Origin: a virus
Lineage: Duplodnaviria > Heunggongvirae > Uroviricota > Caudoviricetes
DNA: 64,000 nt
Virus record (IMG/VR): IMGVR_UViG_3300038412_000041
Reading direction: 5' to 3' (one strand)
Part shown: positions 18,612 to 27,876 of the stretch, piece after piece
Layout of the letters: each line of letters begins with the position of its first letter
Numbering within the stretch: position 1 is the first letter of the stretch
Program-made: the position numbers and the translations under genes
The notes under the pieces: model-generated
Databases searched by the model: none
What the model was told of the DNA's origin: nothing
Seen by the model: the letters and a program-made list of their open reading frames with translations, nothing else

Positions 18612-19069
18612 TAGAATCAGCTTCAATGTACTCTGGACAATCAGGTTTCTACTGTTTTGTAGAGCCTGACTCTAAATCATTATTAGCTATTAATAGCTTA
18701 GTAGACTGTGTAGGTCCATTTGTTGATCCTGAGCTTGATATACACTGTACAATAATGTACAGTCCAATAAATTGTCCTTCATCCATAGAGTTAAGCAATG
18801 GTCCCTTCACGGCAGATGTATTGTCTGCCGATTTATTTGGAGAGGAAAACACCACATTAGTCTTAACTCTAGAGTCGAAGGATTTACAAACTAGACACGA
18901 TTATTGGATATCGAAAGGCTGCGAAAGTACTTATGAATTGTATCGTCCACACCTTACTTTAGCTTTCAATCAAGATTGGCAATCTCTAGAAAGAGTAAAG
19001 GCTTATCTGCAAGACCATAGCTTAAAACTGCGGTTCCTCGGTGAACACTTTGAAGACATACAGGACTAG
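18599..19069 (+). CDS. acb1: Acb1 (T4 gp57B)-like 2H phosphodiesterase, anti-CBASS candidate
   Basis: Two HxT motifs (IHCTIMYS, YRPHLTLAFN), plus G.Y at the start and LVL.L.S..L..RH, with size and spacing matching T4 gp57B as I recall it. Confidence 0.78.
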   Translation: MVRLIESASMYSGQSGFYCFVEPDSKSLLAINSLVDCVGPFVDPELDIHCTIMYSPINCPSSIELSNGPFTADVLSADLFGEENTTLVLTLESKDLQTRHDYWISKGCESTYELYRPHLTLAFNQDWQSLERVKAYLQDHSLKLRFLGEHFEDIQD

Positions 19070-19484
19070 AATGAAAACAGTAGATAGCTTTGTCTATTTG
19101 GTTAATACCTTCTGTTTAGAATTCCCAGACTTGGGAAATCCAGACATTGCTGAAGGCCGATGCAAGTTTTATAGCTATGAGCTTGTAAAATACTTGAAGG
19201 CGCATGGCATAAACGCAGAGCTATACCATGTTCAAGGGATTAGCAATTATGCCGATTGGCCTAACGCTAGAAAGACGTGGCTTGATACTGATCCTGATGA
19301 TTGGACGCACTATGTTGTAGTGGTTAATGGAGTTTGTATAGATGTTACGTCAAGGCAGCTTGATCCAAATAGTCAACATCCAAATATTAGACCGATAAAA
19401 GGTCTACTCCAAGACTGGAATATCGTGGAGCGTGACATATTCCTCAATGACATAGCTCAAGAGATTCACGAATCTGACCTATGA
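19041..19484 (-). CDS. papain/transglutaminase-like Cys-His-Asp protein
   Basis: GRCKFYS ... THYVVVV ... IDVTSRQ. Confidence 0.55.
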
Positions 19485-19486
19485 TT

Positions 19487-20005
19487 TTATGTGGCACAGC
19501 AATCCAAAGTTGAGCGTACTTGCAGTACCTTGTTCACGTATTTTCTCTTGCCAATTGTCCCATTATAGGCAGCCAAGGCAATATCTGTAGATCGGTATCT
19601 AATCATATACTGTTTCAAGATGGTGGCACCTATATCCAAGTTGTGTTCAGCTTTCCACAGATTTCTCTTACCGATAGTCTTTTTATGAAACTTTGCCAGT
19701 ACCTGAGTTAAGCCAATAGCTCCAACACTAGACTTTGCCTTTTCATTGAAATGTGATTCTACAAAGACCAAGCTTACGAATAGTACAGGATCAACACCAT
19801 TGTTATATGCTGATTGCATTGCACGTTTTACCAAGTACCTAGCTTTGTGTACGTTTATTTGTGCGTTTATTGATACCCATTTAATGATGGACTCTACCTT
19901 CTTATTGTGTTCTTTTACTGATGCTGCCAGATTATTGTCAGCGATGGTTGTAGGTAATAGCGAAAGCATTACCATTAGGAATGCGAATGAAATTAAACGA
20001 AACAT
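19487..20005 (-). CDS. SLT-domain lytic transglycosylase with N-terminal signal/anchor
   Basis: VESHFNEKAKSSVGAIGLTQV, NLDIGATIL, ALAAYNG, hydrophobic N-terminus. Confidence 0.9.
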   Translation of the reverse strand: MFRLISFAFLMVMLSLLPTTIADNNLAASVKEHNKKVESIIKWVSINAQINVHKARYLVKRAMQSAYNNGVDPVLFVSLVFVESHFNEKAKSSVGAIGLTQVLAKFHKKTIGKRNLWKAEHNLDIGATILKQYMIRYRSTDIALAAYNGTIGKRKYVNKVLQVRSTLDCCAT

Positions 20006-20086
20006 AACGGGGCTCCTTTTAGTTAGCCGCTAATTGAACGAAACGTAATACGCTTTTAGTGTACCACAGTTTTTGCTATATGTAAA

Positions 20087-20329
20087 CTATGCAAACTTTT
20101 TGTGGAGTAGCTCTCTTACCTTATCAAATTTTTCTTTATCTGCATCAGACAGATTCGATCCAGCACGATTAATATAGAAGGTTAAAGCACTGGAAGCACC
20201 TTTTAGATCATCATGACTTTTGTAGAGTTCATTGGCAATAGTCTCAGCACTCTTTGTGAATAGACCTTCAGGTGCTTTCCACTTGGTCTTTACGTCACCG
20301 CTCCACTTATCCGCTAAAATCACACGCAT
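20087..20329 (-). CDS. DUF3175-family protein
   Basis: KWS..V ... GLFT ... SALTFYINRAGSNL. Confidence 0.7.
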   Translation of the reverse strand: MRVILADKWSGDVKTKWKAPEGLFTKSAETIANELYKSHDDLKGASSALTFYINRAGSNLSDADKEKFDKVRELLHKKFA

Positions 20330-20339
20330 GTTTATCTCC

Positions 20340-20621
20340 TTAATCTGTAATAGGTTTGCTTCTTACTTTCAAATCTTTTTCGTCTCTTGGTGTTATAGTA
20401 AACACCTTATTTGGGCCTAAACGTTTAATAATCAAACGTATCTTTTTACCATCACTAGAGCTTCTAATCCCAAACTCGTCTCCTTTATTTAGTTCTACTT
20501 GCTTACCTCTATAATCCAACCAAGCTATTTGTCCTCTAAATAGATACCAGCTATAGTTAGCTTCATCCTTTATAGCCGATTTTTCCAATCTAGCTGTTAC
20601 CTGTTTTAGTACTTTAGCCAT
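20340..20621 (-). CDS. hypothetical protein
   Basis: 93 aa. N-terminal VLKQVTARLEKS motif. Confidence 0.65.
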   Translation of the reverse strand: MAKVLKQVTARLEKSAIKDEANYSWYLFRGQIAWLDYRGKQVELNKGDEFGIRSSSDGKKIRLIIKRLGPNKVFTITPRDEKDLKVRSKPITD

Positions 20622-20632
20622 TTTGTCGTTCC

Positions 20633-20956
20633 TTATTTATTTGCGTAGAAGGCTAAACCAACATAGGTTGGTGAAAAAGCCAAACTGTAAAAACTCACTT
20701 TTACATTAAGCAAGTGGCTCATATCCGATGCTATTTTTCCTAACTCCGTTTGCTTCAAATCAAAATCACCAAAACTCTTGATTGAAATATCTAGGGATAT
20801 TACATTATCGTGAACTGATATATCACATTTTTTATCATTTTTCCAAGGTTTCCAAAACGGTAGTGATGCAGACAGTGTATCCTTAATTCGGTTATTTCCG
20901 TCTTCATCAAAATCAAACTTATCAAGCCTCGCTAATACTTTATCCAGTGTATTCAT
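20633..20956 (-). CDS. hypothetical protein
   Basis: 107 aa with RBS. Confidence 0.6.
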   Translation of the reverse strand: MNTLDKVLARLDKFDFDEDGNNRIKDTLSASLPFWKPWKNDKKCDISVHDNVISLDISIKSFGDFDLKQTELGKIASDMSHLLNVKVSFYSLAFSPTYVGLAFYANK

Positions 20957-20968
20957 TTTGAGATTCCT

Positions 20969-22069
20969 TTAATATGGAAGAAGCTTACGAAAATTTTTTA
21001 CGTGTTGTTTCATAATCTTTTCATTCTTTAGGTATTTAAATATCTCTATAGCTGCTTCATCCCAACCTTTTTCTTTTTTAAATTTTTCAGGATCATCTAC
21101 TTTGTATAACCACTCTGTAGGTATAATACTCCAACTGTCTGAAATATACGGACCTTTAACAAAAATCCAGCGCTTTCCTTGTTGGTCATTTGGACAAACC
21201 AATACTCCTTCTACCCATTTGCCCGTTTCTGGTTTTAAATATCTTGCAGGTTTACCAAGACCAAGGTCTCTCCATGATAGTTTGGTCTTTGTCTTGTCTT
21301 TTTGGACTTCCTCTTTGAGTCTTCTTTTCTTCTCTTCTAAGTATTTCTCATCTTCTGTCATATACTCTGTTCTATCTCTAGAATCATACCTATTAGGATT
21401 CAATCCTACTTTCTGCATCCAGGCTTTCCAATATTGTCCGTGAGCATCAGTTTGTTTATCATCAGCATGGTCTATCATCGTAACAGCCTGATGACACATT
21501 TCATGAAGCAATGTTTCATACAACACTGCAGGAGTAGCAGACATAAATACACGTCTATTAATCGCTATTGTGTTTTCTCTAGGAGACCAGTGACCTACAC
21601 CTCTAAAGTTTTTGATCTGCTGGTTCTTCAAAAACCTTATGTGTGGCAGTAACATTCTATCGTTGAACTTTGTATGGTTAAGTATGTTCCAATATTCCTC
21701 TAAATATCTTAACCGTATGGCATCTTGATCGTTTGACAGTACTTTACCAGTTACAGCACTCCACGGTATATTAGGTTGATTAACTGCTCTACTAGAACTT
21801 GGTTTGATTTGTCTAGGCGTAAACTTATCTGCCAAGTTTTTAATTTCTGCATCTGTGTATGAACCCTTCTTACCAACGATATTAACCTCAACGATTTTAT
21901 AATCTTTAGGAGATATGTTTGCTTTCTCTCCATCATTGAGATTGATTGATATCTTTCCATTTGTTAGAGATTTGGTTACTATGCCTATATACCACTCATC
22001 TTTTGTAAGACGAACCGCCACTCTTTGACCTTTTATAAAAGCATCAGCCGTAGCCAATAAGATTTTCAT
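20969..22069 (-). CDS. SprT-like zinc metalloprotease
   Basis: ETLLHEMCHQAV and HGQYWKAWMQKVG. Confidence 0.82.
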   Translation of the reverse strand: MKILLATADAFIKGQRVAVRLTKDEWYIGIVTKSLTNGKISINLNDGEKANISPKDYKIVEVNIVGKKGSYTDAEIKNLADKFTPRQIKPSSSRAVNQPNIPWSAVTGKVLSNDQDAIRLRYLEEYWNILNHTKFNDRMLLPHIRFLKNQQIKNFRGVGHWSPRENTIAINRRVFMSATPAVLYETLLHEMCHQAVTMIDHADDKQTDAHGQYWKAWMQKVGLNPNRYDSRDRTEYMTEDEKYLEEKKRRLKEEVQKDKTKTKLSWRDLGLGKPARYLKPETGKWVEGVLVCPNDQQGKRWIFVKGPYISDSWSIIPTEWLYKVDDPEKFKKEKGWDEAAIEIFKYLKNEKIMKQHVKNFRKLLPY

Positions 22070-22122
22070 GGTATGCCTTTAATTAGTATTGGTGATCTTT
22101 CTCAATGCTGAATATATGATTC

Positions 22123-23877
22123 TCATGATATTGCATTCAACACAGATTTGGACATTCTGATACCTCTATCTTCAAACGCTGAATAAAAGTCTTTGACAAC
22201 TCCAGGGTCTATATAGTTTGCTAATGCTGTGGACCAGGTTGGCACAGCTTCACCACCGATTCCTCTAACATGACCAAGCAATTTCCCAATCTTGGTTATG
22301 CTTGCCTTGAACTCGGAGTCCACCGTAGACTGTGTAAGATTACGTTTGCTCAACAGCTTCTCCTGAAGCTTTGGAAGTTCTTGCATAGCAAGTCTAGTGC
22401 CTCGCATATGGCGAATCTTGTGTGGCGTTGCTCCAGGTACCGAACACACTGTTTTAAAGTATGCTCGTAATTTTGAATCTCCATAAACTACACCTTCATT
22501 TTCCCACAAAAGCTCTGCACGTTTCTTGCCAGCAATCAACACATTGATAACGTGGATAACCTCATCTTCAAACTTTGTGTCTGGCGTAATCTTATGGGAC
22601 TGTTGCGCTGAATCCTTACCTATGTATTCAAGAACAATCGCATTACCTTTACGTTTTACGTTACCGACTAGTAGTGTAGTCAGTCCATATGTTTTGCCTT
22701 TCTTATTCTCGTTATCTTTACCACCGATACGCATTGCTGTTAGGTACGTTATCTCACATTGAGTAGCCATAATCTTTTTTGCTTCGTCATCATGCTGCAT
22801 AAGGTCTTTGCGCCAAGCACCGACAATCTTTTTCTCAATTTTAAGCATTTGCTGAACAACATCAAATTTGTGGACGTCCTTTTGTTTTTGTTTCGTATCT
22901 GTATAGTAGTATTGTGTATTGGATTCGCCTTTGGCGTTCTTTGTAGGCAAGATTGTGGTAAAGACAAAGTTTCTGTCTCTATTATCTGGTGATTTGTCCT
23001 TTTCAGGATCATAGCTTCTGTTTTCGATAATCTTTGCTTCGTGGCTTGGTATTCCAGGAACAATCAAGTCACCATGTTTCGTATATAGCCTTCCATCTGC
23101 TCCAATCAAACCAGTGAAGCCTTCATGCGGAAGTCGGTGTTCAATACCTTGACTTTCCAAATGTTCCCTTACTTCATTTATTGGTTGCGGTGAACCAATG
23201 TCAGTAACATAGTTTTGCAAGGCATTCTTATAAACTCCATCAACTGCTCGTTTTGCAGCCAGATACTCCTTCCACAATTCTTGGTTCTTCTCTCTGTACT
23301 CTGGTACCTTGTCCATTGGAACATACGTAGCTTCTTTGCCAGTAATCTTTTTGACAATATCCTTAAGCTTTTCAACATATGGAGCTTGATTCTTTATCTC
23401 TGTGGAGAAACCTCTTTGAATTGTTGCAGGTGCATGGAGTCTAGCCAACAACTTTCTGATCTTTTCCAAAGCAGACGGACTTTTATTAGAGTGCCATAAC
23501 CTTGTCGTGTTTATCGCGTCTATCTCGTCATACGTGATTTCGTGTGTGCCTTTAATTTCAGTCATAGCTTGTTTAACTAGACCAAGAAAATTCTCCAGCT
23601 TTTCCTGAACAAGTTCGATATCGTGTATATCAGCACTTAGTTTTCCAAAGTACGAGGAGATTGCAGGCATCGAAATACCAAAGTGTGAACAGAACTTTGC
23701 CGATTGACCTAGATATTCGTGCATCATCCCTAACATTTCAGATGTTAGATTTGGCTTCTCACCTCTTTCATACCGTGTCCAAGCTAAAACACTAAGCGCC
23801 ATTAGGTTAATGAATGATTTTACAGGGTCTTCTTTCTTCTCGTCCGATATTACCGTTTTTGAGTCTAAGGTTTTCAT
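22123..23877 (-). CDS. DNA topoisomerase IB with long N-terminal extension
   Basis: Catalytic pentad in order: R (TAMRIG), K (YIGKD), R (HKIRH), H (LGH), Y (NYIDP). Also YGLTTL. Confidence 0.88.
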   Translation of the reverse strand: MKTLDSKTVISDEKKEDPVKSFINLMALSVLAWTRYERGEKPNLTSEMLGMMHEYLGQSAKFCSHFGISMPAISSYFGKLSADIHDIELVQEKLENFLGLVKQAMTEIKGTHEITYDEIDAINTTRLWHSNKSPSALEKIRKLLARLHAPATIQRGFSTEIKNQAPYVEKLKDIVKKITGKEATYVPMDKVPEYREKNQELWKEYLAAKRAVDGVYKNALQNYVTDIGSPQPINEVREHLESQGIEHRLPHEGFTGLIGADGRLYTKHGDLIVPGIPSHEAKIIENRSYDPEKDKSPDNRDRNFVFTTILPTKNAKGESNTQYYYTDTKQKQKDVHKFDVVQQMLKIEKKIVGAWRKDLMQHDDEAKKIMATQCEITYLTAMRIGGKDNENKKGKTYGLTTLLVGNVKRKGNAIVLEYIGKDSAQQSHKITPDTKFEDEVIHVINVLIAGKKRAELLWENEGVVYGDSKLRAYFKTVCSVPGATPHKIRHMRGTRLAMQELPKLQEKLLSKRNLTQSTVDSEFKASITKIGKLLGHVRGIGGEAVPTWSTALANYIDPGVVKDFYSAFEDRGIRMSKSVLNAIS

Positions 23878-23889
23878 CGGTTATCCTAG

Positions 23890-24159
23890 TTATTTGCTGT
23901 TAGTAACAAACAGAGTACGTAATTGATCTATGTATCCTTCCAACTGTAATATAGACTCAATGTATAACTTCATAACATCATCAGGCTTTGTCTGTTCATT
24001 AATCTGTGAGAGCGGTAAGTCAGGTTTCGCTGGCAGCGGTGGAAGATGACATACTTCCACAGGAACCTCTACTTTCTGTGTCTCTATCACTGGCGGCGAC
24101 GTTGCACAGCCATAAGCGATCAACGATATAATCATTATAACACAAAGGTTAGTTTTCAT
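23890..24159 (-). CDS. o-spanin (Rz1-like lipoprotein)
   Basis: Lipobox LIAYGC, proline-rich segment, ATGA overlap with the upstream i-spanin. Confidence 0.8.
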   Translation of the reverse strand: MKTNLCVIMIISLIAYGCATSPPVIETQKVEVPVEVCHLPPLPAKPDLPLSQINEQTKPDDVMKLYIESILQLEGYIDQLRTLFVTNSK

Positions 24160-24584
24160 TTTATAGAGTTCCACTGTTTAGCCAAATCTTGAGCTTTGTT
24201 TATTCCAAAGTCCACGGCTGCAGGACAACTAGCTCCAACTTTGGCATTTGCAATCTCGACAATCCTTTTGCTGTACATTACTTCTTTAGCATTGGCCTTC
24301 TTTTCAGCTTCACTTAACGCTTGTTGATAGGCTTCGCTGTCCTTCTTCAACTGATCCATCTTTGCGTTTTGATCGTTGACTGCCTTCTGTAGAGTATCAA
24401 CATTGGCGAGTTGTATTGCAACATCGGCCTTTGCTGTAACAAGTTCAGTGCTAAGTCTGTGAAGCATGTAGCTTTCAAACCCGATTACTACAACTACGAC
24501 CGCTACTGCAAAAATCTTCAAGTACAGTAAATAAGGATTAGCTACCCCAGCTACACCCTCTTCCACATCGTTTAATATTGCCAT
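24156..24584 (-). CDS. i-spanin (Rz-like)
   Basis: N-terminal transmembrane helix, periplasmic coiled coil, single Cys near the C-terminus. GGAGG RBS before the ATG at 24584. Confidence 0.78.
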   Translation of the reverse strand: MAILNDVEEGVAGVANPYLLYLKIFAVAVVVVVIGFESYMLHRLSTELVTAKADVAIQLANVDTLQKAVNDQNAKMDQLKKDSEAYQQALSEAEKKANAKEVMYSKRIVEIANAKVGASCPAAVDFGINKAQDLAKQWNSIK

Positions 24585-24619
24585 GATTACCTCCATTATG
24601 AGTTTTTAAGCTCACTGTA

Positions 24620-24628
24620 AAATTAGTG
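24620..24628 (-). promoter_or_regulatory. CACTAATTT core motif upstream of the minus-strand late operon
   Basis: Same 9-bp core as the 7110 and 14666 motifs, oriented toward the spanin/topoisomerase operon. Confidence 0.35.
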
Positions 24629-24776
24629 GGATTTAATAAAGGGAAATACTGTAAAATAAGTGATTTTCTTGCAAAGTTGTAAAGTTGCACTATAAATCAA
24701 GCTATGTTATGCTTTAATTGACGTTCTATACGTTGAAATCCAGTATGTTTCCATTAATTAGATAAAGGAGTTAGAA

Positions 24777-25142
24777 ATGAAAATGAAAGTCAAAGGAATT
24801 AACACTGCTGATATGTCAAACATTGATATCAGGAGAAAACTCTCACCCATGTGCGTAGTAAGAGTAAAGTTAGATGACTCTGAAGACACTCCTTTGGTGA
24901 TTATGGTAACTTCTGTTGAGAAACGGCCACACAACTACAAAGGCAAATTTACTTTTACAGGTGTTGACCTGAACTCTGTTTTCTTGGACTCGGGAGTGAT
25001 TCATAGTGTCTATACCTCTGAAGAAGTTCGCCACATCCGTACGCCTCACCAAGTTGCCAAATGTATACTTAAGGCTGACAAGAAGCTGTTCAAGAGGTTG
25101 AAAGTAACGAAGGAAGAATACAGAAAAGTTGCTGTCATATAA
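24777..25142 (+). CDS. hypothetical protein
   Basis: 121 aa, AAGGAG RBS. Confidence 0.7.
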   Translation: MKMKVKGINTADMSNIDIRRKLSPMCVVRVKLDDSEDTPLVIMVTSVEKRPHNYKGKFTFTGVDLNSVFLDSGVIHSVYTSEEVRHIRTPHQVAKCILKADKKLFKRLKVTKEEYRKVAVI

Positions 25143-25206
25143 GTGACAAGGTTACAAAAGTTGTAAATCAAGTGTAGATTCCGTTATTAACCAATAAGAG
25201 GAAATA

Positions 25207-25563
25207 ATGGCCGATGATAGATTTGAATGGCGTTTGAAAATAAAGGCAAGTCCTGAACTAATTGAAAACGGCTTCAGACTTGATGATTCTGATTTAAAGG
25301 ACTTTCTTTTACTAAGTCATGCAGGGTTTGAAAATCAACTTGAAGTAAATGTAGTGTCTGCACCCGATCCTAACACTCTTCTCTCAAAAGAGCAATTTCT
25401 GGAAAAGTTGTTGAGTAAAGTAGTAGATTGCGTTGTTGCTGGTAGAACCTTACCTGCTGCTCTTTTAGAAGTAGGAGAAGTAAATGGCCTTGGTAAAGAA
25501 GAGACAAATCTTTTGAAAAAGAAGTTTGTCGAGTTGTGTAAAGTAGCAACCGTAGCAACCTAA
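25207..25563 (+). CDS. hypothetical protein
   Basis: 118 aa, GAGG RBS. Confidence 0.7.
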   Translation: MADDRFEWRLKIKASPELIENGFRLDDSDLKDFLLLSHAGFENQLEVNVVSAPDPNTLLSKEQFLEKLLSKVVDCVVAGRTLPAALLEVGEVNGLGKEETNLLKKKFVELCKVATVAT

Positions 25564-25618
25564 TTCTTGCTCTATTTCAGAGTAAGTTTCATTTCATAAA
25601 TAAGGAGTAGTAAAAATC

Positions 25619-26023
25619 ATGGTTAAGAAAGTCAAGAAAACTGTAAAGAAGGCAACCGTAAGCAAAAAGACAACGACCAAGAAAGCAAGCGTTGCTTTGC
25701 CTCCACCCGTAAAGCATACGTTCACCAAGAGTTCTTTGATCCAGTGGTTTGCTGAAGGCAACGAAGAAATCTCTGCAAAGCAAATCAAGGAGTTGATGGC
25801 TGACCTGGAAAACACCATCCTTGGTTCAGTGCGTAAAGGTGGCAGCGGTGAGTTTACGTTCCCTGGTTTGTTCAAAGTCGTAATCAAACATATTCCGGCA
25901 AAACCGAAGCGCAAGGGTATCAATCCGTTCACCAAAGAAGAAATGGTATTCCAAGCAAAGCCTGCACGTGTTAGCGTGAAGATTCGTCCTCTGACAAAAC
26001 TGAAACGCGCTGCTGGTCAGTAA
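25619..26023 (+). CDS. HU/IHF-family DNA-binding protein with Lys-rich N-terminal tail
   Basis: FTFPGLFKV...AKPKRKGINPFTKEEM.FQAKPARVSVKIRP. Confidence 0.9.
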   Translation: MVKKVKKTVKKATVSKKTTTKKASVALPPPVKHTFTKSSLIQWFAEGNEEISAKQIKELMADLENTILGSVRKGGSGEFTFPGLFKVVIKHIPAKPKRKGINPFTKEEMVFQAKPARVSVKIRPLTKLKRAAGQ

Positions 26024-26051
26024 CATTTCAGGTCTGTTTTCGTTTTGTTTG

Positions 26052-26090
26052 AATGGGGTAGTATTCTTCAATGGGTACTATCCCATTTTC
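26052..26090 (+). terminator. intrinsic terminator-like hairpin
   Basis: 12-bp stem AATGGGGTAGTA/TACTATCCCATT (one G-T pair) after the HU gene. Confidence 0.65.
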
Positions 26091-26105
26091 TATTAGGAGT
26101 TTAAC

Positions 26106-26561
26106 ATGGAGATTGTGGTTGATTATCTTGAAAAAGCTATAATCGGATCAAAAATCTTGAGAGATACTTCTTTAGATGCAACCTTGTTGATATTAAGTGG
26201 TGATGTAGATATGGAACTACAGTGCGCCATTTACTTTGGCGAGACCTTTGAAAATACTGCTAACGTTTCTGATATAAATAGCCCTACTGTATTAGAACTG
26301 TTAGCTAATTACAAACGCAAATTACGAGCAATTGTTGAAAGTGAAATTGCTAGGTTTGATAAAGAACAAAAAGCAAAAGTTGAAAAACACATCCAAGAAA
26401 AACTACAAGAGCGTAACAAGCCTTCTGCTTTTGGTACAGTCAGTGAGCTTGCCGAAAAACTAAAGATTAGCAAAAGCGAGGTTCGTAGACTCAAAGCGTC
26501 AGGCAAACTTGAAGATTTTGTTTTACTCAATGACCCAAATAAATCACAGAATATCAAATAG
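26106..26561 (+). CDS. hypothetical protein with C-terminal HTH-like motif
   Basis: TVSELAEKLKISKSEVRRL. Confidence 0.7.
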   Translation: MEIVVDYLEKAIIGSKILRDTSLDATLLILSGDVDMELQCAIYFGETFENTANVSDINSPTVLELLANYKRKLRAIVESEIARFDKEQKAKVEKHIQEKLQERNKPSAFGTVSELAEKLKISKSEVRRLKASGKLEDFVLLNDPNKSQNIK

Positions 26562-26581
26562 CTTGTAAGCACGGATGCAAG

Positions 26582-26610
26582 TTGACACCTGTTTTTAAAT
26601 CTAGTATAGT
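26582..26610 (+). promoter_or_regulatory. sigma70-type promoter
   Basis: TTGACA-17 nt-TATAGT. Confidence 0.78.
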
Positions 26611-26646
26611 TAAATCGCAACACAAATTAACCGATGGAGATTGAAA

Positions 26647-26967
26647 ATGAAAACACAATTACATATAGGTAAACCTGTACTGGCAGTTAGCCAAGCATAC
26701 ACTAAGGCAAAGAAACCATCTTTAAAGCTGATTCGGTCTTTAAAGGTGGGTGACGTAATCCGTTCATACTATACGGACACTGAAGAGCCTCAAATCGAAT
26801 TAGTAATAAAAACAAACTGTACAAATAAGACAGGTACAGAAGTAGATTTAGTAACAATAAATCTTGAAGATTTGGGAAAACGTGGTAGAGGTTTGTATTT
26901 CACCTCATTCTTGAACACTGACAAGTTTGAGAAACTTGGAAGGATTGCAATCGAAGAATTTAAGTGA
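26647..26967 (+). CDS. hypothetical early protein
   Basis: GGAG RBS, downstream of the promoter. Confidence 0.68.
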   Translation: MKTQLHIGKPVLAVSQAYTKAKKPSLKLIRSLKVGDVIRSYYTDTEEPQIELVIKTNCTNKTGTEVDLVTINLEDLGKRGRGLYFTSFLNTDKFEKLGRIAIEEFK

Positions 26968-26988
26968 GTAATCGAAACATAAACCATT

Positions 26989-27222
26989 GTGGAGGCAAAC
27001 CTGCCCTGCACTTCGTTAAATCGGCTTATTAAGTATTTTCAAGATGAGCAACCGGATGAAGTGATGGCAATAAATAGCTTTCAAAGATGGACAGTGGCAA
27101 TTTTTATCCACGAACAACAAAGGGGTTACTCACACCCTTGGTTGTTTGCGAAGAATAGAACACGTTCTTTTAAGCGAGGGAGACAAACCATGATTAAACC
27201 AGACATGAGCGGGAGGGAGTGA
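26989..27222 (+). CDS. possible hypothetical protein
   Basis: 77-aa ORF, start uncertain. Confidence 0.4.
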   Translation: MEANLPCTSLNRLIKYFQDEQPDEVMAINSFQRWTVAIFIHEQQRGYSHPWLFAKNRTRSFKRGRQTMIKPDMSGRE

Positions 27223-27329
27223 TTATGGAAGTTATTTATTCAGATTGGTTGGATTACTGGCCTTTTATCCATTTCTGGACCGTCTAAAATCGGTCTAAAA
27301 CTGCTCATTTTTTAAGCAATTTTTAGTAG

Positions 27330-27358
27330 TTGACACTATGCTTGAAAACTGGTACAAT
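27330..27358 (+). promoter_or_regulatory. sigma70-type early promoter
   Basis: TTGACA-17 nt-TACAAT. Confidence 0.82.
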
Positions 27359-27431
27359 AAACTCACGCGCTACGTTTAATGCGCCACGTGTTGGAAACCG
27401 GAGCAGTCCTAGACAGTGTAAGGGGGAAAAT

Positions 27432-27872
27432 ATGAAAGCATGGCAGAACAATCTGAAGGATCAGATGGACCGCGCAATCATCAAGAGAACAATTCGCAAT
27501 CTGAACAGTCAAGAAAAGGTATTCGCAGAACAACGCGCAATGTACACACACTTCTCAAAGCTCGGTCTGTCCTGGCCGAACATCAAGTGGTCGAATGAAT
27601 GTCGCATGACCCGCATCCAAACAAAAGCAATTGAAGCAATGTTGAACAATGGCAGCAACCTGTGCTGCGCTGTAATCAACAAGTCGAATCAAGGTACAGC
27701 GATTCTTCTGAAAGACGGAATCCAATACGTACTGGTTTACGAAGATGGAAAGACAACGGTCGGCAGAATACCAAAGTTTCTCCCTGACGATCAGTGGTTC
27801 GTAAGTCTGAACAAAGGCAAAGCACCAACAAAGTCAAAGTTGAAAAGCTACTGCGTCAAACGCTACTCATAA
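27432..27872 (+). CDS. hypothetical early protein
   Basis: ATG at 27432 after AGGGGG. The ORF-track start overlaps the promoter. Confidence 0.7.
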   Translation: MKAWQNNLKDQMDRAIIKRTIRNLNSQEKVFAEQRAMYTHFSKLGLSWPNIKWSNECRMTRIQTKAIEAMLNNGSNLCCAVINKSNQGTAILLKDGIQYVLVYEDGKTTVGRIPKFLPDDQWFVSLNKGKAPTKSKLKSYCVKRYS

Positions 27873-27876
27873 TTAG

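Noticed and set aside
24676-25177. Recurring GTTGTAAA motif (24676, 25160, 51378, 51402) as a promoter element
   Set aside because: An 8-mer of this composition is expected several times by chance in 64 kb, and the spacing to downstream elements is inconsistent.
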